Source of the DNA: an uncultured Eubacteriales bacterium
GTDB lineage: Bacteria > Bacillota > Clostridia > Lachnospirales > JAISER01
DNA: 64,000 nt
Assembly: GCA_964545475.1 (NCBI GenBank)
Contig: CAZJGG010000002.1
Span: 4,892 to 68,891, forward strand
Reading direction: 5' to 3'
Shown here one piece after another: positions 36,234 to 46,550 of this stretch. Position 1 is the stretch's first letter; every line of letters begins with the position of its first letter. The translations under genes were made by a program, and so were the position numbers. The notes beneath the pieces were generated by a model. The model had not been told where the DNA came from and ran no database searches. It saw only the letters and a list, made by a program, of their open reading frames with translations.

Positions 36234-36736
36234 CCTTTGTTTCCCCTAAGCTCTTGCCTGTTTGAATAAAGAACTTCAACTGTTTCCATAAAGCTGTCTT
36301 CAATTGTTCTGTACTGGGCGTTAAGGCTGTTTAAAGATTCCCTTATAGCGTTTTCTGTTTTTGATAAAATTTCATCGGCATAATCTATAGCGGAAAGGCG
36401 CATATCTCTTGCGCTTTTTTTCGTTTCCTCCATTAAAAGCCTTGCCTGTTCAACGGCTTGTCTGTAAACTTCGTGCTCGTCCGTTAATTCCTGGGCTCTT
36501 ATCTCTCCCTCTTTTGCAATGGATTCTGCACGCATTTTAGCGTCTTGAACAATTTTATCATGGTCTTCAATAATACGCTGGGCTTGTCTCATTTCTACAG
36601 GCAAATTCATTCTTATCTCGCCTAAAATATCGAAAATTTGCTCTTTGTCAATGGATACTTTGTTGGAAAACGGCGAAGATTTGCTGCTATCAATTAAATC
36701 TTCCAATCTATCTAAATAGTCTAAAATTGATTCCAT
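36230..36736 (-). CDS. Coiled-coil hypothetical protein
   Basis: 168 aa, highly charged with heptad-like composition and no recognisable catalytic motif. Cotranscribed downstream of coaD. Confidence 0.5.
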   Translation of the reverse strand: MESILDYLDRLEDLIDSSKSSPFSNKVSIDKEQIFDILGEIRMNLPVEMRQAQRIIEDHDKIVQDAKMRAESIAKEGEIRAQELTDEHEVYRQAVEQARLLMEETKKSARDMRLSAIDYADEILSKTENAIRESLNSLNAQYRTIEDSFMETVEVLYSNRQELRGNKG

Positions 36737-36737
36737 T

Positions 36738-37223
36738 TTAGTCCTCCTTTTCCAATGATTTTTTATTTAAAGCCTCTATTACAAAATCCGGAACCATGCC
36801 ATCAAGGCAGCCTCCGAATGCATGAATTTCTTTTATTAAACTGGAGCTAATATAAACATACTCCGGGCTTGTCATTAAAAAAATTGTTTCGGCGCTTTTA
36901 TTCATATGCCTGTTACCGGATGTCATTATAAATTCCAGATTAAAATCGCTTTCAGAGCGCAAACCTCTAACAATAGCTGTTGCGCCTAATTTATTAAAGC
37001 AGTCTACTTGAAGCCCGTTAAAGAGAATAACTTCAACATTTTTCAAAGACTCAACGGATTTTTTCATAAGCACAAGCCGTTCTTCTGTATTAAAAAGCCT
37101 TCTTTTAGATGTATTATCCATAACCCCGACATAAAGTTTTTCGCAAAGAGCGGATGCCCTTTTAATTATATCCAAATGCCCGTATGTAACAGGGTCGAAC
37201 GTTCCGGGGTAAAGCCCAATCAT
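36738..37223 (-). CDS. coaD: Phosphopantetheine adenylyltransferase
   Basis: YPGTFDPVTYGHLDII nucleotidyltransferase motif, 161 aa. Confidence 0.95.
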   Translation of the reverse strand: MIGLYPGTFDPVTYGHLDIIKRASALCEKLYVGVMDNTSKRRLFNTEERLVLMKKSVESLKNVEVILFNGLQVDCFNKLGATAIVRGLRSESDFNLEFIMTSGNRHMNKSAETIFLMTSPEYVYISSSLIKEIHAFGGCLDGMVPDFVIEALNKKSLEKED

Positions 37224-37777
37224 TTTGAAACCTCCATGAAAACAAAGGCTGTTTTAGTATATTTTTTTATTTTTGTAACTATAAGCCCTTTAACTTCCGG
37301 GAATTGTTCGTCAGATTGCTGTTCAAAAATTAAAATTCCGCTTTCTGCCAAAATTTCATTTTTAACAATACTTTCTGCAATTTTTTGGGGAAATCCCTTT
37401 TCATAGGGTGGGTCGCAAAAAATTATATCAAACTGCCTGCCGCATTTATTAAAATTGGCAATGGCTTCTAAACAGTCCATACAGTGGATTTCAGCAGAGC
37501 CGCCTAATTTTGTATGGGTTAAGTTTTTATTAATAACATCGGCGCAAGCTTTGTTACTGTCCACAAAGGCTACGCTTTCTGCGCCACGGCTTAAAGCTTC
37601 TATGCCCATTGCGCCAGAACCTGAAAATAAGTCGCAAAAGCGAGAATCCATAATTTGAAACTGGATAATATTAAATAAAGCTTCTTTCATTCTGGAAGCT
37701 GTGGGGCGGGTTGTTAACCCATCTATTGAAATAAGTTTTGCGCCCCGTTTTGAGCCGGAAATAACTTGCACTTGCAT
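37220..37777 (-). CDS. rsmD: 16S rRNA (guanine966-N2)-methyltransferase
   Basis: DLFSGSGAMGIEALSRGA SAM motif and the DPPY motif. Overlaps coaD by 4 nt. Confidence 0.92.
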   Translation of the reverse strand: MQVQVISGSKRGAKLISIDGLTTRPTASRMKEALFNIIQFQIMDSRFCDLFSGSGAMGIEALSRGAESVAFVDSNKACADVINKNLTHTKLGGSAEIHCMDCLEAIANFNKCGRQFDIIFCDPPYEKGFPQKIAESIVKNEILAESGILIFEQQSDEQFPEVKGLIVTKIKKYTKTAFVFMEVSK

Positions 37778-37881
37778 CTTTCCTTTGTATTTAACAGCTT
37801 ACCTTATTATAACAAAAAAATAAGCGGTGTAAACTGTTTTTTTATTTATATTTGTGTTACAAACTAAATACTATAACAATG

Positions 37882-39921
37882 CTAAAGTGTAATAGTATTA
37901 AGGGATTTCTCGATAAAACCCTCTATTTCCTTTTCAAGTAAACTGTACTGAGAGATGTTTTCATATAGTTCATATGCAACTTTTTGTACAGTTTCTAAAA
38001 TTTTAATGTCTTTATAAAAGTTAGCTATTTTCATTTCGGGTAGCCCGTGTTGCATTGTGCCGAAAAAATCTCCGGGGCCACGCAATTCAAGGTCCAGCCG
38101 GGAAAGCTCGAAGCCGTCGTTTGTTTTCGTCATAGCTTTAAGCCTTTCCTTTGAAACTTCCGAAACAGAATCGGAAACCATTACGCAATAAGATTTTAGG
38201 GCACTTCTGCCAACTCTTCCTCGCAGCTGGTGAAGTTGGGAAAGCCCGAAACGATCGGCGTTTTCAATAACCATAACAGTAGCGTTGGCAACATCTATTC
38301 CAACTTCAATAACCGTTGTGGAAACTATAACACTAATTTGCCCTTTTGAAAACCTTTCCATAATATCGCTTTTTACAGCAGGTTTCATTTTGCCGTGAAG
38401 AGCTTCTATTTTTAGGTTTGGGAGTTGTTTTTTCAAGCTTTCAGTATATGTTAAAACCGATTGAAGCGTTTTATTTTCGCTTTCTTCAATAGCAGGGCAA
38501 ATAATATATGCTTGCCTGCCTTCGTTAACCTGTTTTTCTAAAAAGGCGTATAACCGCTGTCTATAAGAGGAGTTTACGGCAAAGGTATCAATTTTTGTGC
38601 GCCCCGGTGGAAGTTCGTCTATAACTGAAATATCCATATCTCCATAAAGGATTAGGGCAAGGGTTCTGGGGATTGGGGTTGCAGACATTATAAGGACATG
38701 AGGGGTTTTACCTTTTTCCGAAAGAGTCGCCCTTTGCCGAACGCCAAAGCGGTGCTGTTCGTCTGTAATAACAAGGCGCAAGTCATTAAATATGACTTTC
38801 TCCTGTATTAAAGCGTGAGTGCCTATAATAAGCCTGCTATCTCCGGTTTTAATTTTTTCATGTATTTTTCTTTTTTCAGCAGGGGTTAAAGAACCTGCAA
38901 GAAATGTAACGTCAATGTTTAGCTTGTCAAAATATCTCTTTAACGAGTTATAATGCTGAAACGCCAAAACTTCCGTAGGCGCCATAAAGGCGACTTGCGC
39001 TGTTTTTGCCGAATTAAGGGCGATAAAAGCGGAAACCATGGCCACAGCAGTTTTCCCAGAGCCAACGTCTCCTTGTATAAGCCTGTTCATGACAAACCCA
39101 GACGAAAAATCCGCTTTAATTTGTTCTAAAACTTTATTTTGAGCGTTTGTCATATTAAATGGCAAAAGTTCTGTTATTGGTGAAGTTTCAGTGTTTTCAA
39201 CAAGAAATACTGATTTTTCCTTTAAAATGCCTTTAATTTTAAAAAGAGAAAGCTGCATTAACAAAATTTCCTCGAAAACAAGCCTATGCCTTGCAGCATA
39301 GAAACTCTCGCTATTTTCCGGGAAATGAATGTTTTTTATAGCGGCTTGTCTGTCGCATAAATTGTATTTATTTAAAATAAGCTGCGGCAAAATTTCGTAA
39401 AATTCCGCCGCGGCTTCAAATAAAACAGTTTCAATTAAACTTCTTAAAACCTTTTGGGATAAATTTTTTGTTAAATAATATTTTGGAATTATGCGCCCGA
39501 AAGAAACAGAGGGGGTGTCCTTTATTTTTTCAAAATCCGGGCAAGACATAACGAATTTACTGTTTTTCTCAATAACTTCCCCTGCAAAAACGTATTTTTC
39601 ATTTAATTTAAACTGATTTTTAATATATGGCTGGTTAAACCAAACAACTTCTATTATTGCATTTCCGTCTTGCAAAAACAGTTTTGTTACAGTTTTACTT
39701 TGAAAGCCAGCATTTTCGGCAGTTTTTTTAATAACAGCGCTTACAGTGTAAAAACCCTCGGTTTTTATTTGAGACGGTGACACAATAATGCTTCTGTCTT
39801 CATAATCTCTGGGATAATAGGTAATTAAATCCTTTATTGTAAAAACGTGGAGTTTGTTTAAAAGTTCCAGCCTTTTTTCTCCCACATTTTTTATTTTAGA
39901 AACACTTTCGTTTAAAATCAA
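37882..39921 (-). CDS. recG: ATP-dependent DNA helicase RecG
   Basis: Wedge/OB N-terminus, Walker A GDVGSGKT, DEQHRFG and the helicase C motif QLHQLRGRVGR. Confidence 0.96.
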   Translation of the reverse strand: MILNESVSKIKNVGEKRLELLNKLHVFTIKDLITYYPRDYEDRSIIVSPSQIKTEGFYTVSAVIKKTAENAGFQSKTVTKLFLQDGNAIIEVVWFNQPYIKNQFKLNEKYVFAGEVIEKNSKFVMSCPDFEKIKDTPSVSFGRIIPKYYLTKNLSQKVLRSLIETVLFEAAAEFYEILPQLILNKYNLCDRQAAIKNIHFPENSESFYAARHRLVFEEILLMQLSLFKIKGILKEKSVFLVENTETSPITELLPFNMTNAQNKVLEQIKADFSSGFVMNRLIQGDVGSGKTAVAMVSAFIALNSAKTAQVAFMAPTEVLAFQHYNSLKRYFDKLNIDVTFLAGSLTPAEKRKIHEKIKTGDSRLIIGTHALIQEKVIFNDLRLVITDEQHRFGVRQRATLSEKGKTPHVLIMSATPIPRTLALILYGDMDISVIDELPPGRTKIDTFAVNSSYRQRLYAFLEKQVNEGRQAYIICPAIEESENKTLQSVLTYTESLKKQLPNLKIEALHGKMKPAVKSDIMERFSKGQISVIVSTTVIEVGIDVANATVMVIENADRFGLSQLHQLRGRVGRSALKSYCVMVSDSVSEVSKERLKAMTKTNDGFELSRLDLELRGPGDFFGTMQHGLPEMKIANFYKDIKILETVQKVAYELYENISQYSLLEKEIEGFIEKSLNTITL

Positions 39922-39934
39922 GGTTTATCCCTCA

Positions 39935-41566
39935 TTACTCAACAGAAATTATATAATAGAACACAGGCTGTCCGCCGTCTCTAAGCTCTATCTCAAAGTC
40001 TTTATGGCTGTTTTCGGCATAATCCACCATTTTTTCCGCTTCTTCTTTAGTTATTGAGCTTCCGTAATATATACTTAAAATGTCTCCGCCGTCTGCCGTC
40101 ATTATGTCTATAAGCTTTTTAGCTCCGCTTTCAATATTTGAATCGCAAACGACAATTTTATTATCAAGCATACATAAAATATCGCCCTCTTTTATGTTAA
40201 AACCGTCTATGGCGGTATCTCTTACGGCGTAAGTAACAAGCCCTGTTTTAACAAGGGGAATTGCCTCCTCCATGCTTTTTAAGTTCTCTTCTATATTGCT
40301 TATGGGCAAATAAGCAACCATTGCAGAAATGCCTTGGGGAATTGTTTTAGTCGGAAGCACATGAAGATTTTTATTAATTTCCGCCGCCTGCTTTGCGGCT
40401 AAAATAATATTTGAGTTGTTTGGCAAAACAATTATTTCTTTTGCGTTAACATTTTCTGCGGCATTTAAAATGTCATCAATGCTGGGGTTCATGGTTTGCC
40501 CCCCTGATATTACATAATTAACCCCAAGCTTTTCAAAATAATCTTTTATTCCGTCTCCGGCGGCAACGGCTATAAAACCAATGTCGTCTATTTGCCCGTT
40601 ATCGGTATTTGCTTCTGTAATTAAGTTGGTATGTTGAACACGCATGTTTTCAATTTTAATGCTATTTAAAGAACCAATTTTCATTGCTTGCTCTAAAATA
40701 AGCCCTGGATGTTCCGTGTGTACATGGACTTTTATTATATTATCGTCGGAAACAACCACGATTGAATCTCCGTTTTTAGTTAAAAACTCTTTAAGGCTAT
40801 TTTCGGTTTCTTCTGTATTATTGATAGTTTCAATGAAAAATTCTGTACAATAGCCGAATTCTATTGCTTCTGTTGAGAAGCTTGCCTGAGCAGGAAGCTC
40901 TTGGGGATTCTCGTTAATTTTTTTATATATTTTTTCGTTGGAGAAGTCGTCATTTATAAGAGCAGTATACATGCCCTCTAAAATGCACATAAGCCCCTTT
41001 CCTCCGGCGTCTACTACATTTGCTTGCTTTAAAACCGGCAGCATCTCCGGGGTTTTTGCCAAAACTTCATTACCATGCTTAACAATACCGCTAAATAATT
41101 CCGAAATATCGCTTGTATATTCCATAATTTCTAAAGCTTTTTCGGATATGGAGGATATAATTGTAAGAATTGTGCCCTCTTTCGGTTTCATAACGGCTTT
41201 ATAAGCTGTTTCGCTTGCTTTTTCAAAGGCGAAAGCAATGTCTGCGGCGCTTGCGACTTGTTTGTTTTCAAAGCCTTTTGCAAACCCACGGAAAATTTGA
41301 GATAAAATTACGCCGGAATTGCCTCTTGCACCTCGTAAAGAGCCGCCAGAGACAACTTTGGCTATATCGCTTACTTTTTTACTATCCGCTTTTAAAAGCT
41401 CCTTTGCCGCAACTTCCATAGTTAAAGACATATTAGTTCCTGTGTCGCCGTCGGGAACGGGAAAAACGTTTAAGGCGTCAAGCTTTGATTTGTTTTTTGT
41501 CAGTTCCTCAGAGCCGGAAATGAACATGCCCTTAAGCTTCATTCCGTCTATTGTAAGTGTTTCCAC
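39935..41566 (-). CDS. yloV: DAK2-domain fusion protein YloV
   Basis: DhaL-type VFPVPDGDTGTNM motif plus a C-terminal DegV-like/YloV region. The GTG at 41566 follows GAGGGGGA and avoids overlap with asp23; the ORF-track TTG at 41611 is an alternative. Confidence 0.9.
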   Translation of the reverse strand: METLTIDGMKLKGMFISGSEELTKNKSKLDALNVFPVPDGDTGTNMSLTMEVAAKELLKADSKKVSDIAKVVSGGSLRGARGNSGVILSQIFRGFAKGFENKQVASAADIAFAFEKASETAYKAVMKPKEGTILTIISSISEKALEIMEYTSDISELFSGIVKHGNEVLAKTPEMLPVLKQANVVDAGGKGLMCILEGMYTALINDDFSNEKIYKKINENPQELPAQASFSTEAIEFGYCTEFFIETINNTEETENSLKEFLTKNGDSIVVVSDDNIIKVHVHTEHPGLILEQAMKIGSLNSIKIENMRVQHTNLITEANTDNGQIDDIGFIAVAAGDGIKDYFEKLGVNYVISGGQTMNPSIDDILNAAENVNAKEIIVLPNNSNIILAAKQAAEINKNLHVLPTKTIPQGISAMVAYLPISNIEENLKSMEEAIPLVKTGLVTYAVRDTAIDGFNIKEGDILCMLDNKIVVCDSNIESGAKKLIDIMTADGGDILSIYYGSSITKEEAEKMVDYAENSHKDFEIELRDGGQPVFYYIISVE

Positions 41567-41582
41567 CGATTCATCCCCCTCG

Positions 41583-41939
41583 CTAGTTGTTGACACGTAC
41601 ACCCTCAACAAATATATTTATTTTTTCCACGTTTATACCGGTATACTCCTCAACTTTGTATTTTACAGTTGAAATTAACGTATCGGCAATTGCGGAAATA
41701 TTTGTTCCGTATTCAACAATAATGTGCAAGTCAATAATAACAGCGTCTTCGTTATAGCTGAATGTAATTCCTTTTGTAAGGCTTTCTCTCTTTAATAGCT
41801 GTACAAGACCGTCTTTTACGTTTTTTGCCGCCATGCCGACAATGCCGTAGCAGTCCATAGCTGCAAGCCCTGCGATCCTTACTATAACTTCATTATCTAT
41901 AGTAATTGTTCCATATTCGTTCTTAATTTTAGATGGCAT
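41583..41939 (-). CDS. Asp23/Gls24-family envelope stress protein
   Basis: GTITIDNEVIVRIAGLAAMDCYGIVGM is typical of the Asp23 family. Lies upstream of yloV, as in Bacillus yloU-yloV. Confidence 0.9.
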   Translation of the reverse strand: MPSKIKNEYGTITIDNEVIVRIAGLAAMDCYGIVGMAAKNVKDGLVQLLKRESLTKGITFSYNEDAVIIDLHIIVEYGTNISAIADTLISTVKYKVEEYTGINVEKINIFVEGVRVNN

Positions 41940-42125
41940 AATAACCCTCCTTTTTATATTATGTACAGTCGTTATAGCTGAATAGAAGCTAAAACGACCG
42001 TTGCCGTTCGTATATTTGAAAAAAGACTTTGGATGTTATGCTCCAGTCTGTTTTCAAAGTTACTCACTATATTATACACATAAACGGAAATTCAAGCAAT
42101 AAAAAATTGATTATAGTGATTATTT

Positions 42126-42152
42126 TAACGTGAGTTCGACGAAGTCGAAAAG
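42126..42152 (+). repeat. Truncated copy of family D repeat (left half only)
   Basis: aacgtgagttcgacgaagtcgaaaagc matches D1/D2 over 27 nt and then diverges, about 18 nt before family A copy 2. Confidence 0.75.
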
Positions 42153-42170
42153 CTGTTTATGTTTTTGCAA

Positions 42171-42335
42171 ATACACTCCTTAACCACATAAAATAGCACT
42201 GCCTTGCGGCGAATTTTACTTGTGGACTACGTCATCAACTTCTTGTGTGCCGCTAGCACACGGCGTCGTCTCTTCCTTGCCACAAGCAAAATTTGCTCGC
42301 AACTCAGTACCATTTTATATGATTAAGGAGTATAG
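42171..42335 (-). repeat. Long palindromic intergenic repeat, family A copy 2 (inverted relative to copy 1)
   Basis: The reverse complement of 3050-3223 matches with about six differences over about 165 nt by my count. Confidence 0.85.
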
Positions 42336-42460
42336 CTATCTATTCATTGTGAGCTGGGCAAAGCAAAAAGCCGCTTAAGCGGCTTTAATTAAGGGGCGTG
42401 TTTACATCTTTTTGAAATTTTTTTATCAATATTCAACACGCCCTTATTAAATTGTTCTCT

Positions 42461-43909
42461 TTATTTATTATCTTTTAATTTTAAATATAATTCCAAATAC
42501 TTTTTAGCAGATGCTTTCCAAGAAAAATCGCATTCCATGCTGTTTTTTATAACCTGCTCCCAGTCTTCCGGGTAATTATAAAAACAGTTTAATGCTTCTT
42601 TAACTGCCCACATTAACCCACTTGCAAGATAATCTTCAAAAATGAAACCGTTACCTTTTTTTGTAGTATAATTATATTGGGTAACCGTATCTGTAAGTCC
42701 TCCTGTTTTCCTTACTATAGGAACTGTACCGTATCTCATAGCAAATAACTGGCCAAGACCGCAGGGCTCGAATAGAGAAGGCATTAAAAACATATCAGAA
42801 CCGGCATAAATTTTTTGCGCTAAGTCTCCGCTGAAAAAAGTATTTGCGCTTATTCTGTCAGGGTAAAGCCATTGTGTGTGCTTAAATAGATGCTCATAAC
42901 GGCCGTCTCCCGTTCCCAAAACTACAATCTGAACGTCCATGTTCATTAACTCTTCTAGGCATACCGCAACAATATCAAGCCCCTTTTGATCCACCAGCCT
43001 TGAAATAATGCTGATTAACGGCTTATCACAAACAGGCAGCCCCAAATGTTTCTGTAAAGCATATTTATTTTTCTTCTTATTTTCTAAGCTATCTTTATCG
43101 TAATTTGCAAAAAGCCTTGTATCGGTTTTGGGGTCATTTTGTTCAACGTCTATTCCGTTTAATATACCTGTAAGCTTATGGTTGCACTGGCGCAAAAGAC
43201 CGTCCATGCCAAAGCCGTATTCCTCTGTTTGAATTTCTTTTGCGTAAGTTTCGGAAACTGTTGTAACCGCATCGGCATAAACTAAGCCGCCTTTCATAAA
43301 GCTTACTCTGCCGTAAAATTCAAGCTTATCCGGCGTGAAATAACCGTTGTTTAAGTCCACATGGTCTAAATATCCTTTTGTAAAGTTGCCCTGATACTGT
43401 AAATTGTGTATTGTAAAAACAGATTTCATATCATGGTAAAAAATAAAGCCTCCGTAATTATCACGTAAGTAAACTGGCCCAAGACCTGTTTGCCAATCGT
43501 TAAAATGGATAATATCCGGTTTAAACTCTATAACATTTAAAAGCTCTATAGAAGCTTTTGTAAAAAAAGCAAACCTTTCATCATCGTCCCAAAAGCCGTA
43601 AAAACCTTCTCTGCCGAAATAAAAATCGTTTTCAATTAAATATGTTGGGGTTTCATCATCAATTGTATAAATAGAACAGGACTGGTTACGCCAGCTTAAT
43701 CTTATTACAAAAGAATCAACATATTCTAATCCTTTTAATAACTTTTCATCAATAAGGCTGTATTTTGGGAAAACAATGCGGACGTCTGCGCCTAACCTTT
43801 TTAGTTCTTTAGGAAGAGAGCCTATAACGTCCCCAAGCCCTCCGCTTTTTGCATATGGGGTAATTTCCGTAGCAACAAATAAAACCTTTAAATCAGATAT
43901 ATCAGACAT
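42461..43909 (-). CDS. glgA: Glycogen synthase (ADP-glucose type)
   Basis: N-terminal EITPYAKSGGLGDV and the C-terminal GT5 region MPSLFEPCGLGQL. Confidence 0.95.
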   Translation of the reverse strand: MSDISDLKVLFVATEITPYAKSGGLGDVIGSLPKELKRLGADVRIVFPKYSLIDEKLLKGLEYVDSFVIRLSWRNQSCSIYTIDDETPTYLIENDFYFGREGFYGFWDDDERFAFFTKASIELLNVIEFKPDIIHFNDWQTGLGPVYLRDNYGGFIFYHDMKSVFTIHNLQYQGNFTKGYLDHVDLNNGYFTPDKLEFYGRVSFMKGGLVYADAVTTVSETYAKEIQTEEYGFGMDGLLRQCNHKLTGILNGIDVEQNDPKTDTRLFANYDKDSLENKKKNKYALQKHLGLPVCDKPLISIISRLVDQKGLDIVAVCLEELMNMDVQIVVLGTGDGRYEHLFKHTQWLYPDRISANTFFSGDLAQKIYAGSDMFLMPSLFEPCGLGQLFAMRYGTVPIVRKTGGLTDTVTQYNYTTKKGNGFIFEDYLASGLMWAVKEALNCFYNYPEDWEQVIKNSMECDFSWKASAKKYLELYLKLKDNK

Positions 43910-44075
43910 TTAAGCACCCTCTTTTAAAAGACTCGCAAGCGGTATCAATTTATGCTTTTGTTTGCAAAATTTTATGATTTTTAGTACATAATCTTATAAT
44001 ACTATTTTCGGACATGGAAAGCAATAATCAAATATCATTTGTTGGAAAATTGTTAATTTTAATATATTTTTAATA

Positions 44076-44106
44076 TTGACTATTTTATCCAATTATATGA
44101 TATAAT
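44076..44106 (+). promoter_or_regulatory. Candidate extended -10 promoter for pepF
   Basis: TTGACT (44076-44081), then TGaTATAAT (44098-44106). The 19-nt spacer is long, so the extended -10 is the main support. Confidence 0.4.
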
Positions 44107-44156
44107 AATTTACTAGAAGTGTGTTTACAATATCAATACTAACGGAGGTTATAAAT

Positions 44157-45938
44157 ATGAGCTTACGCGACGAAACAGACCCGATGTATAAATGGAAAAT
44201 AGAAGATTTATTTGAAACAGATGAAAAATGGAAGAAAGCATATGAAGAGGTAAACGGCTCTGCAAATAAAATTGAATCTTTTAAAGGAAAGCTTGAAAAC
44301 CCGGATGACTTACTTAACTGTCTGCAAAACCGAGACGAAATTTCCCAAAAATGTGAAAAGGTTTATGTTTACGCCACAATGAAAATGCACGAAGATACAT
44401 CCGACGGCAAATATCAAGCAATGGCAGAACAGGCGGAAACTCTTTTAGTAAAACTTACAGCGGCAATGGCTTTTATTGAGCCGGAAATTTTGCTTCTTAA
44501 TAAGTCTTTTGTTGAAAAATCACTTAAAGAAAATAAAGGTTTAGAGCTTTACGAACATTATTTAAATGATATTTTCAGAATAAAAGAGCACACGCTTTCG
44601 CCGGAAATGGAAGAGCTTTTGGCAAAAGCAGAAGACATTGCATCTGCTTCCGAAAGCATATTTTCTATGATGAACGATGCCGACATGGAATTTGGCACTG
44701 TTAAAGACGAAAACGGCAACGAAGTGGAAATTACTCACGGACGTTATGCAAGCCTTATGGAATCTAAAAACCGGGAAGTTAGACAAAACTCATTTAATAA
44801 GCTTTACGACGCTTATTTAAAGCAAAAAAATACCCTTGCTGCAACGTTTAACGCAAATGTTAAAAAAGATTTATTTTTTGCAAAGGCGAAAAAATATGAT
44901 TCTTCATTAGATTTAGCTCTGGACACATATAACATTCCAAAAGAAGTATACACAAACCTTATAAACACCGTAAGCGACAATTTGCATTTAATGTACCGTT
45001 ATATAGAATTGCGCAAGAAATTTTTAAAACTTCCGGAGCTTCATATGTACGACCTTGCAACACCACTTATTAAGGAAGCGAACACGGACATAAACTATGA
45101 TGACGCTAAGCAAACGGTTTTAGAAGCTTTATCCGTTTTAGGAGACGAATATAAGGGTATAGTTAAGGAATGCTTGGAAAAAGGCTGGATAGACGTTTAT
45201 GAAAATAAGGGCAAGCGGAGTGGGGCTTATTCCTGGGGGGCATACGGCACTCACCCTTACATTTTGCTTAACTATGACAATAAAATAAGCGATATGTTTA
45301 CGCTGGCTCACGAAATCGGTCACAGCATACACAGCCATTATTCATGGGAAACACAGCCTTATGTTTACGGAAGTTACTCAATATTTGTGGCAGAGGTTGC
45401 TTCCACTGTAAACGAGTGCCTTTTAATGGAATATCTTATAAAAAATACTAAGGACGAAGCGTTAAAGAAATATTTAATTAATTACTCATTGGAACAGTTT
45501 AGAGGAACAGTTTTCAGACAGACTATGTTTGCGGAATTTGAAATGATAACCCACGAACTTTTGCAAAAAGGCGAAGCATTAACCCACGAAGTTCTATCTG
45601 AAATATATTACGGGCTAAACAAAAAATATTACGGAGAAAATATGGTTATTGATGATAAAATCCGTATAGAATGGGCAAGAATACCCCATTTTTACTCTGC
45701 ATTTTACGTTTATCAATACTCAACAGGTTATTCTGCTGCAGTTGCACTTTCCGAGGGAATTATGAATAAAGGAGGGCAAGCTGTTTCAAACTATATCGGA
45801 TTTTTAAAGGGTGGCTGTTCGGATTATTCAATTAATTTGTTAAAAGGAGCAGGGGTTGACATGAGCAGCCCTAAGCCGGTGTTAGAAGCGCTTAATAAGT
45901 TTGAAAAGCTACTTGATGAAATGGAAAGTTTTTTGTAA
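44157..45938 (+). CDS. pepF: Oligoendopeptidase F (M3B)
   Basis: HEIGH zinc motif in M3B context (FTLAHEIGHSIHS). GGAGG at 44144 favours the ATG at 44157. Confidence 0.93.
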   Translation: MSLRDETDPMYKWKIEDLFETDEKWKKAYEEVNGSANKIESFKGKLENPDDLLNCLQNRDEISQKCEKVYVYATMKMHEDTSDGKYQAMAEQAETLLVKLTAAMAFIEPEILLLNKSFVEKSLKENKGLELYEHYLNDIFRIKEHTLSPEMEELLAKAEDIASASESIFSMMNDADMEFGTVKDENGNEVEITHGRYASLMESKNREVRQNSFNKLYDAYLKQKNTLAATFNANVKKDLFFAKAKKYDSSLDLALDTYNIPKEVYTNLINTVSDNLHLMYRYIELRKKFLKLPELHMYDLATPLIKEANTDINYDDAKQTVLEALSVLGDEYKGIVKECLEKGWIDVYENKGKRSGAYSWGAYGTHPYILLNYDNKISDMFTLAHEIGHSIHSHYSWETQPYVYGSYSIFVAEVASTVNECLLMEYLIKNTKDEALKKYLINYSLEQFRGTVFRQTMFAEFEMITHELLQKGEALTHEVLSEIYYGLNKKYYGENMVIDDKIRIEWARIPHFYSAFYVYQYSTGYSAAVALSEGIMNKGGQAVSNYIGFLKGGCSDYSINLLKGAGVDMSSPKPVLEALNKFEKLLDEMESFL

Positions 45939-45973
45939 GCATAAGCTAATAGAAGTTAACGCCCATACAAAAA

Positions 45974-45993
45974 CCGCCCGCTTTAGCGGGCGG
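45974..45993. terminator. Bidirectional GC hairpin terminator
   Basis: ccgcccgc-ttta-gcgggcgg, flanked by an A-run upstream (a T-run on the minus strand) between convergent genes. Confidence 0.75.
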
Positions 45994-46009
45994 CATTTAT
46001 TATACTAAA

Positions 46010-46339
46010 CTAATCAATAACTTCCATAACTCTTCCGCAGCAAACAGGAACTGCATCTCCTTGTTTCAAATCAACTAGTTTGTTGCAAATGGAGCAATAG
46101 CATTTGCATTCGCTTTCAACGTGAACCTCCACATTAGCGGTTTCTTCGTTTTTAAGCCCTTCGATATGGAAAGAAGCACCTTTATCATTTTTTTGCGAAA
46201 CATATTCTCCAACGGGAACAAGCTTTTTTGCCTCTTTGTTGCAATCAATGAGTATCTTCCAAAGAGTTTCTAATTTAATTTTTTCCCCCATACTTTCCGG
46301 AAGTAGTTCAACCATGTTTTTTTCAATGCTTATTTTCAT
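46010..46339 (-). CDS. Small Cys-rich hypothetical protein (possible zinc-ribbon C-terminus)
   Basis: 109 aa with C-terminal CKCYCSICNKLVDLKQGDAVPVCCG. No family recognised. Confidence 0.55.
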   Translation of the reverse strand: MKISIEKNMVELLPESMGEKIKLETLWKILIDCNKEAKKLVPVGEYVSQKNDKGASFHIEGLKNEETANVEVHVESECKCYCSICNKLVDLKQGDAVPVCCGRVMEVID

Positions 46340-46550
46340 AATAACACCCCTTAAAAATGATTTATATTTATCATATAATTATTATATCATAATAATTATT
46401 AATTGCAATAGATAATTATTATTTATAGAATATTTTTCAAAATTCACAAGATATTGCATTATACCAGCACTTATAAAACTATTATTAAATGATTGACATT
46501 AATTTACATGTAATATATAATAACTGAATAATTAATTGAGGGTGAAATAT

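Noticed and set aside
37008-37406. 132-aa plus-strand ORF antisense to coaD/rsmD
   Set aside because: Both minus-strand genes carry diagnostic motifs (TFDPVTYGH, DPPY). The antisense frame has none.
3050-42335. Possibility that the dispersed repeats form a CRISPR array
   Set aside because: Copies are 150-175 nt (or 64 nt) and kilobases apart, with no regular short spacers. They are themselves long palindromes, and no cas genes are present.
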